A stretch of DNA of 31,044 nt from a virus (taxonomy: Duplodnaviria; Caudoviricetes), in the IMG/VR virus record IMGVR_UViG_3300009095_000047, positions 1 through 31,044 of that record. One strand, given 5' to 3'. Made by a program: the position numbers and the translations under genes. Below are positions 25,693 to 31,044 of this stretch, piece by piece; within the stretch, counting starts at the first letter, position 1; each line of letters starts with the position of its first letter. Under the pieces are notes generated by a model, which saw only the letters and a program-made list of their open reading frames with translations, ran no database searches and had not been told where the DNA came from.

Positions 25693-26556
25693 ATGGCGCG
25701 CGTGCGAGAGATTCTGCTGCCCTGGCGGCAGCAGCCGCAGGAGGCTGTCAGCGTTGCGCCTGACTGGGTAGCGCGCGGGTTGTCGTTCGCGCTGCTGCGC
25801 GTCGGCGGCCGGATGCTCGACGTATTCCGCGCAGACGGGCCGCTTTCCGATAGCGGCACCACGGCGCTCTCGCCCGACGGCATCGTCACCGACTACACAG
25901 GCTCGCAGGTGACGGAGTTCGCCGACGCGGCCCCCTATCGGCTCACTGGCGGCCTGACGCTGATCGCCGGCCTAGCGATCGACGCATTCGCGAACTACAC
26001 GGCCATCGCGTTCAAGCAGTCCTCGTACTGGAAAACGTCGTTCGAGTGGCGCCACGGCCGCGTGTCGTACCAAAACGCCAATCCCGTCGGTGTGCAGGCG
26101 GTGTTCATCCGCGGCAACGACGTGGTGACCGGCGAGTACTGCTCTGTTGGCGGCCCGACGACGACCGGCAGGCGGGTGTCGGCGGTCAGCGTTGCGGACG
26201 GCAGCCTGCTGTCGTCGCCAGTGTTCTACGTTGACGGGATGCCGCTGGCAGCGGCTACCGTTGCCGCCTCGGCCGGGACCGTCGTGGACGGCGGCAATCT
26301 GCGGATCGGGCAACGGTTCGACGGCGTGGTCCAATTGGACGGGCGCGTCTCGTTCCTGTACGGGTTCGACCGACAGCTCCCTGATGCTGACGTGGCGGCG
26401 CTGTCCGCCAACCCATGGCAACTGTTCGCGCAGCGCCGCATCCGCGTCCCGGTGTATGGCGCTGCCCCGAGCACCGTGCCCGACATCACGGCTGTGGTCG
26501 CCGAAAACATCCTTGCCACCAGCGCCGGCTACCGCGTGTCGCTCAACTACGCCTGA
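25693..26556 (+). CDS. LamG / concanavalin A-like domain protein
   Basis: FYVDG.P......LRIGQR......LDGRV.....FDRQL.DADVAAL..NPWQLF pattern. Confidence 0.7.
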   Translation: MARVREILLPWRQQPQEAVSVAPDWVARGLSFALLRVGGRMLDVFRADGPLSDSGTTALSPDGIVTDYTGSQVTEFADAAPYRLTGGLTLIAGLAIDAFANYTAIAFKQSSYWKTSFEWRHGRVSYQNANPVGVQAVFIRGNDVVTGEYCSVGGPTTTGRRVSAVSVADGSLLSSPVFYVDGMPLAAATVAASAGTVVDGGNLRIGQRFDGVVQLDGRVSFLYGFDRQLPDADVAALSANPWQLFAQRRIRVPVYGAAPSTVPDITAVVAENILATSAGYRVSLNYA

Positions 26557-26565
26557 CGCAGCGGC

Positions 26566-27660
26566 ATGGCAAACACCCTCTACGTCGCCGTCTACACGTC
26601 CGGGGCCACGGCCACCTGGGCGCGCGGCGACCTGGGCAATGGGCGCAATGGGTGGAGCGCGTCGGGCTACGTCGCCAGCGTCGTCGATGGCACGATCCGC
26701 GCGGATGATGGCGACGAGACGGGCTCGCTGTCTGGGCTGAGCGCCGGCACCAGCTACAAGCTGTGGGCGATCGTCGATGACGGCACGAGCAGCAGCAACG
26801 GCGGGACTCCGCAGGCCAGTGCGGCGTTCACGACACAGGCGCTTGCCGCCTTGGCTGCGACTGGGCTCAGTGGTGCGTTCAGCGGCGCCGCAAACGCAGC
26901 CATCTCGGCGGCGCTTGCAGCAACAGGCGCGACAGGAACATTCAGCGGCACGGCCAACAGCACGACCACCGCTGTACTGAGCGCGACCGGGAACACTGGC
27001 GCCTTCTACGGCAGCGCGTTCACATCGGCCTCGGCATCGCTTGCAGCCACTGGCGACACTGGCGCATTCAGTGCGACAGCCAACAGCACGACGACCGTCG
27101 ATATTTCCGCAACTGGCGGCACTGGTGAATTCTCCGGCTCTGCTGGCACCGGCACATCGGCGGCCCTTGATGCGACAGGAGCATCAGGCACATTCGGCGG
27201 GACGGCAGACTCTCCTGCGCTGTCTGCGCTGTCTGCGCTGGGCGGCGAGGGCGCATTCGCAGGATCGGCTTACCCGCTCACTACGGCTGAGCTTGCCGCG
27301 CTTGGTAACTCCGGCGCTTTCAGTGGCGACGCTTCGACGGTAGGAACAGCAAGCCTAGGCGCGACTGGCGGAACTGGCGCCTTCTCTGCCGCCGCTAACA
27401 GCACGACATCGGTTTCACTGGCTGCAGAGGGCGCGTCAGGCGCTTTCAGCGGATCAGCCTCTGTTGCGTCAAGCGGAGCAGATCCTGCTGCTGTATGGCA
27501 GTACGTGCTCAGCAACGGGCTGACGGCAGAAGAGACGTTAGTCGCACTGCATGCCCGCATCGTTCTGAATACGCCGCCCGTCGATGTCAATGTGCAGTGG
27601 GTCAATGACATCCTGATCAAAGGCACTGGCGCACCTCCAGACCATTGGCGCCCATCATGA
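26566..27660 (+). CDS. Ala/Gly/Ser/Thr-rich repeat protein with FN3-like N-terminus
   Basis: SGLSAGTSYKLW strand motif, then ten 21-aa repeats. Confidence 0.8.
   Translation: MANTLYVAVYTSGATATWARGDLGNGRNGWSASGYVASVVDGTIRADDGDETGSLSGLSAGTSYKLWAIVDDGTSSSNGGTPQASAAFTTQALAALAATGLSGAFSGAANAAISAALAATGATGTFSGTANSTTTAVLSATGNTGAFYGSAFTSASASLAATGDTGAFSATANSTTTVDISATGGTGEFSGSAGTGTSAALDATGASGTFGGTADSPALSALSALGGEGAFAGSAYPLTTAELAALGNSGAFSGDASTVGTASLGATGGTGAFSAAANSTTSVSLAAEGASGAFSGSASVASSGADPAAVWQYVLSNGLTAEETLVALHARIVLNTPPVDVNVQWVNDILIKGTGAPPDHWRPS
26851..27480 (+). repeat. Ten degenerate 63-bp (21-aa) tandem coding repeats, consensus LxATGxxGxFSGxAxxxxxxx
   Basis: Counted from the translation, LAATGLSGAFSGAANAAISAA through LAAEGASGAFSGSASVASSGA. 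Confidence 0.9.
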
Positions 27661-27860
27661 ATGGCAGCACTTGGGGCGATACGTGGGGAGCGTGCTGGGG
27701 CGATACGTGGGGCTATGTAGACACAGCGCAGCCACCAACGGGCGGCGGAGGTCACCAACAGCGGCCCAGCAATAACACACGGCGCGACCGGCTGCGCGAA
27801 GACGACGAGCTACTGCTGCTGCTGTTCGCGCAGGCGATCGCATCAGGCGCAATTCACTGA
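27657..27860 (+). CDS. Small Trp-Gly repeat protein (TWGDTWGACWGDTWG...EDDELLLLL)
   Basis: ATGA overlap; 17-bp direct repeat TGGGGCGATACGTGGGG at 27672 and 27696. Confidence 0.7.
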   Translation: MNGSTWGDTWGACWGDTWGYVDTAQPPTGGGGHQQRPSNNTRRDRLREDDELLLLLFAQAIASGAIH

Positions 27861-27867
27861 GGCTGAC

Positions 27868-27995
27868 ATGGAAGAACGCCGCCGCATCTCCACAGACGCG
27901 CCGGCATCCGCCGCCTGCTGGTGGCGGTGTGCCACGACGCGCGCGACGCGCTGCAGGGCACGAGCACGCTTGCGGTCGTTGGCGGCACCGATTGA
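27868..27995 (+). pseudogene. Frameshifted short gene, paralogous to the C-terminus of 30315-30659
   Basis: GAGG RBS and ATG 27868 (MEERRRISTDA), continuing in the -1 frame as AGIRRLLVAVCHDARDALQGTSTLAVVGGTD* (TGA 27993-95). Confidence 0.55.
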
Positions 27996-28189
27996 TGCGA
28001 CACCCCACCGAGGCCGCCGCGGTCCAAAACGCCTGGGATGCCGCGTGGCACGCCGCCTACGCGATGGACGCGCTGGCGTCGGCGCTGTCGATCCTCGGCA
28101 CGCCCGAGGCGCTGCATCACGCGCTCGAAGCCCGCGGCGCGGCCGAAACGATGCGCGAGTGGGCCGGTGAGATGGCGACGAGCAAATGA
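27995..28189 (+). CDS. Hypothetical protein, 64 aa
   Basis: TGATG coupling at the start, ATGA coupling at the end; GC3-rich codons. Confidence 0.7.
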   Translation: MRHPTEAAAVQNAWDAAWHAAYAMDALASALSILGTPEALHHALEARGAAETMREWAGEMATSK

Positions 28190-28452
28190 CGACACAACTC
28201 GACGAAATCGCCGCGCTGCGCGTCGAAGTGGCCGCGCTGCGGGCCACGCAGTTGAGCGCCGAGCAGCGCGAGGCCGTCGACCGCCTGACCGATCACGTCG
28301 CGGCGATCGAGGCGATCGTCGACGAACACAAGGTGCGCCGCCTGCTGCTGGCGTCGGTGCGTTCCTGGACGGTCGGCCTGGCCGCCATGATCGGCGCGAT
28401 CTGGGCCGCCAAGGAGGGCCTCGCGCGGTTGTTGCGCGGCTTGTTGGAGTGA
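28186..28452 (+). CDS. Coiled-coil plus C-terminal TM protein, holin or antiholin candidate
   Basis: Heptad-like N-terminus, hydrophobic WTVGLAAMIGAIWAA segment, upstream of the endolysin. Confidence 0.6.
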   Translation: MTTQLDEIAALRVEVAALRATQLSAEQREAVDRLTDHVAAIEAIVDEHKVRRLLLASVRSWTVGLAAMIGAIWAAKEGLARLLRGLLE

Positions 28453-28457
28453 CCATC

Positions 28458-28910
28458 ATGACCAAGCTCCTGTCCCGCATGGACGTGTTGATGCGCCGCT
28501 TCGAGCGCGCCGCCTGGGTGGTGCTCGGCATCGCCGCGTTTGCGATCCCGTGGTTCGGCTTCGAGCTGCCGTTGATGCAGTCCGACGACGCGCTGGGCGC
28601 CGGCTACGTGTGGCTGGACTGGGCGCTGGCCGCAATGATGCTGGTGGCCGTGTCGGCGCAGATCGCGCGCATCGTGCTGGCCCCGCCCGACGAGCCGGCC
28701 GTCACGCGCCTGGCCGCGTGGTTGATGCTGCTGGCACTGTGTTTGATGACGGGCCGAATCACCTGGACGCTGTTCGTCCAGGGCGATCTGTACCTGACCA
28801 TCACCACGTCGGTGGCCATCACCTGCCTGTGCGCGTCGATCCTGCTGCACGCGGGAGGCCGCGTGGTCTACGGCGGCGCGCACGTTACCGACTACGGGGA
28901 GTTTCGTTGA
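28458..28910 (+). CDS. Four-TM membrane protein in the lysis region
   Basis: GGAG RBS and ATG 28458; four hydrophobic stretches. Confidence 0.75.
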   Translation: MTKLLSRMDVLMRRFERAAWVVLGIAAFAIPWFGFELPLMQSDDALGAGYVWLDWALAAMMLVAVSAQIARIVLAPPDEPAVTRLAAWLMLLALCLMTGRITWTLFVQGDLYLTITTSVAITCLCASILLHAGGRVVYGGAHVTDYGEFR

Positions 28911-29116
28911 TGAGCGGCTTCAAGATCGCGTCGCGCGCCTATGTGTGCTCGCTGCTGGAGGGCGAGCCGAGCGAGCGCGAGTTGCGCAACTGCATCGCCA
29001 GCGTGGAGCGGCTGCGCGCCGACATCGCGCATTTCATGCACTGGCCTGGGCTGGTGGCTTCATTGACGCAGGACGCGCAGGCGCTGCGCTGCAAGCTCGG
29101 GGAGCACGCGCGATGA
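28910..29116 (+). CDS. Hypothetical protein, 68 aa
   Basis: TGATG and ATGA coupling on either side. Confidence 0.65.
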   Translation: MSGFKIASRAYVCSLLEGEPSERELRNCIASVERLRADIAHFMHWPGLVASLTQDAQALRCKLGEHAR

Positions 29117-30318
29117 GCCCGGCGGACCTGCGCGCCCAGTGCGAGACAGCACTGCTGTCGACCAACCTGCGCGCGTTCCTCGCCGTGATCCGCGCGGGCG
29201 AGGGCACGAGCGATGCGGACGGCTACCGGCGCCACTACGGCGGGCGGCTGTTCGACGGCTACGCCGATCACCCGCGCGTGGCGATCAAGGCCGGGCGCTG
29301 GACCAGCACCGCGGCGGGGGCGTACCAGTTCTTGTCGCGCACCTGGGACGAAGCCGCCAAGGCGCTGGCGCTGCCCGACTTCTCGCCCGCGTCGCAGGAT
29401 CTGGCCGCCGTGTTCCTGATCCGCCGCCGCGGCGCGCTGGTCGCCGCGATGCAGGGCCGGCTCGATGAGGCGATCGCCGGCTGCGCCAAAGAGTGGGCAT
29501 CGCTGCCGGGCTCGCCATACGGCCAGCCGACGCGCACGCTGGCGCAGGCGCACGCCACCTACGCGGCGGCCGGTGGCCGGCTGGCTGGCGTAGTCCAAAC
29601 GGACGAGACACCAGACGTGCGCACGGAACATGCGCAAGAAACCGGCGCACCGCTTGCACAAGAACCGTCACCAGCACCCCATGCGCAAACCGCGTCGGCG
29701 CCGGAACCGAATTCGGTCAGCGGCAAACCGAATTCGGCCACGACGCCGCCGAACCCTGATACCGCCAAGGAGCCCCACATGCCCATCCCCGCCATCGTCG
29801 GCGCACTGCTGCCGGTGCTGACCAGCGCCGTGCCCGAGCTGGCCAAGCTCATTAAGCCCGACAGCAAGGCCGCCGAGAAGAACGCCACTATCGCCGCCAA
29901 GGCCTTCGAGGTCGCCACGGCGGCGCTCGGCGCCGTGAATGCGCAGGAGGTCGCCGAGCGCGTGCAGTCCGACCCGCAGGCAGCGCAGGCGGTGCGCCAA
30001 GCGGTGCAGGCGCGCTGGTACGAGTTGGTCGAGGTTGGCGGCGGCATCGCCGCGGCGCGCGAGTCGGACACCGCAGCGGCAATCAGCGGCCTGCGCGCGT
30101 GGCATAGCCCGAGCTTCTTTGCGCTGCTGCTGTTGATGCCGCTGGTGTACATGCTGGTTGGCAGCATCGCGGGGCTGTGGGGCTACGGGCAATGGTCCGA
30201 CGACGTGCGCGCCGCCATCGCCACGGCCGTCGTCAGCCTCATCGTCGGCGGCGCCAGCGGCTACTACTGGGGGGCGACCACGACCCGCAACAAATTGACG
30301 GATAGGGGTGCGCCGTGA
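29113..30318 (+). CDS. Lambda-R-like endolysin (GH104 transglycosylase) fused to a holin-like membrane domain
   Basis: N.RAFL..IR.GEGT, F..YADHPR, STAAGAYQFL..TW, L.DFSP.SQD..A..LI, EWASLPGSPYGQ; Pro-rich linker; C-terminal TM helices ending GYYWG.T; start at ATG 29113. Confidence 0.88.
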   Translation: MSPADLRAQCETALLSTNLRAFLAVIRAGEGTSDADGYRRHYGGRLFDGYADHPRVAIKAGRWTSTAAGAYQFLSRTWDEAAKALALPDFSPASQDLAAVFLIRRRGALVAAMQGRLDEAIAGCAKEWASLPGSPYGQPTRTLAQAHATYAAAGGRLAGVVQTDETPDVRTEHAQETGAPLAQEPSPAPHAQTASAPEPNSVSGKPNSATTPPNPDTAKEPHMPIPAIVGALLPVLTSAVPELAKLIKPDSKAAEKNATIAAKAFEVATAALGAVNAQEVAERVQSDPQAAQAVRQAVQARWYELVEVGGGIAAARESDTAAAISGLRAWHSPSFFALLLLMPLVYMLVGSIAGLWGYGQWSDDVRAAIATAVVSLIVGGASGYYWGATTTRNKLTDRGAP

Positions 30319-30659
30319 GCGCCGAGGCCCCACCGGACAAGACGCAGCGCGCCGACCTGGGCGACCTGGGCGACCTGGTGCGCTGGTGCAAGGCCGCTGG
30401 CGAGCCGCAAACGTCGCTGCTGCGCTGGTGCCGCACGGTGGGCTACGCGCGACACGGTGGGGTGAGCGTCGACATGCACGAGCCTTGCGCGGTGGCCGGC
30501 GCCGACATCGAATACCTGCCCGGCGTGCGCATGACGATCGACGGGCGGCCGATGACCGATGCCGAGCGCGACGTCATCGCCCGGCTGCTGGCGCAGATGA
30601 GCCACGACGCGCGCGATGCGCTGGCAGGCGGGTCGACGCTGGTGGTGGTGCATGGCTGA
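30315..30659 (+). CDS. Hypothetical protein
   Basis: GTGA overlap with the endolysin stop; GC3-rich codons. Confidence 0.7.
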   Translation: MSAEAPPDKTQRADLGDLGDLVRWCKAAGEPQTSLLRWCRTVGYARHGGVSVDMHEPCAVAGADIEYLPGVRMTIDGRPMTDAERDVIARLLAQMSHDARDALAGGSTLVVVHG

Positions 30660-30840
30660 GCTGCTGTTGCTGCAGCGCAGGCTCGGCAGCGGCGATTCGC
30701 ACAAGTGGCGCACGGTGCTGCGGCTGCCACCGGTGCGGATGCGGCTGGCCGACGATCTGGTGCGGCTGGCCTGGCGCATCGACCCGCAAGTGCAGTGGCG
30801 GGTGACTACGGCGCAAGGCGAGTCGGTGGTGCCGGGTTGA
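30652..30840 (+). CDS. Hypothetical protein, 62 aa
   Basis: ATG 30652 overlaps the previous gene end; TGATG coupling to the next ORF. Confidence 0.6.
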   Translation: MAELLLLQRRLGSGDSHKWRTVLRLPPVRMRLADDLVRLAWRIDPQVQWRVTTAQGESVVPG

Positions 30841-31044
30841 TGGGCGGCGCCAACGACAGCGCGGGCGACGTGCTCGTCGGCTACCTCGTCACGCACGCGG
30901 ACGGCTACGAGGCGCGGCTCGGGCCGGACCGCACGCGCGCCGAGCTGTACGCTGCGCGCAACCGGGCGATGCTGGAGCCTCTCTATGTGAAACGCAAGCT
31001 GCCACCGAAAGATGATCAGATCGACGCAGGCGCCACGATCGGCG
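30840..31044 (+). CDS. Hypothetical protein, truncated by the window end
   Basis: TGATG-coupled start MGGANDSAGDVLVGYLVTHADGYEARLG..., open to the end of the window. Confidence 0.6.
   Translation, partial: MGGANDSAGDVLVGYLVTHADGYEARLGPDRTRAELYAARNRAMLEPLYVKRKLPPKDDQIDAGATIG

Noticed and set aside
27672-27712. 17-bp direct repeat as a possible CRISPR mini-array or att site
   Set aside because: Only two copies at a 24-bp period, and they encode the WGDTWG peptide repeat.
27868-28170. 100-aa Arg-rich ORF as listed in the track
   Set aside because: After codon 11 it reads as an off-frame translation; better explained by a frameshifted short gene plus the 27995-28189 gene.
28945-29112. N-terminal extension of the endolysin ORF
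   Set aside because: Overlaps the 28910-29116 gene; the ATGA-coupled start at 29113 fits the domain boundary.
27931-30640. Repeat pair as a diversity-generating retroelement TR/VR
   Set aside because: No reverse transcriptase in the window, and the mismatches are not adenine-specific.
1-31044. tRNA, rRNA, integrase, transposase, CRISPR array, spanin lipoprotein
   Set aside because: None recognisable by eye; a tRNAscan, Rfam and lipoprotein-signal scan would be needed to exclude them formally.

Overview
A co-directional (+ strand) late operon of a GC-rich tailed phage or prophage, probably a siphovirus of a Proteobacterium; the host cannot be fixed from the sequence. Gene order: terminase small and large subunits, fused HK97-type prohead protease/major capsid gene, portal (placed after the capsid), two collagen-like proteins, neck genes, tail tube, an inserted HNH-AP2 endonuclease, tail chaperones joined by a -1 frameshift, lambda-type tape measure, GTA-type baseplate genes (DUF2460, DUF2163/BR0599, NlpC/P60, large tail-tip protein), lectin-like and repeat-rich tail accessory genes, and a lysis region with a lambda-R-like endolysin fused to a holin-like membrane domain. 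The most striking element is a translationally coupled cassette (8099-10634) between the two neck genes. It encodes a Maf/MptE-like (DUF115) transferase, an ATP-grasp ligase, a small membrane protein, an unannotated 23-aa hydrophobic peptide and a GT-A glycosyltransferase, and is a candidate virion-modification system. Two fusion genes keep internal RBS-plus-start signals. All family assignments come from recognising motifs by eye, not from database searches.
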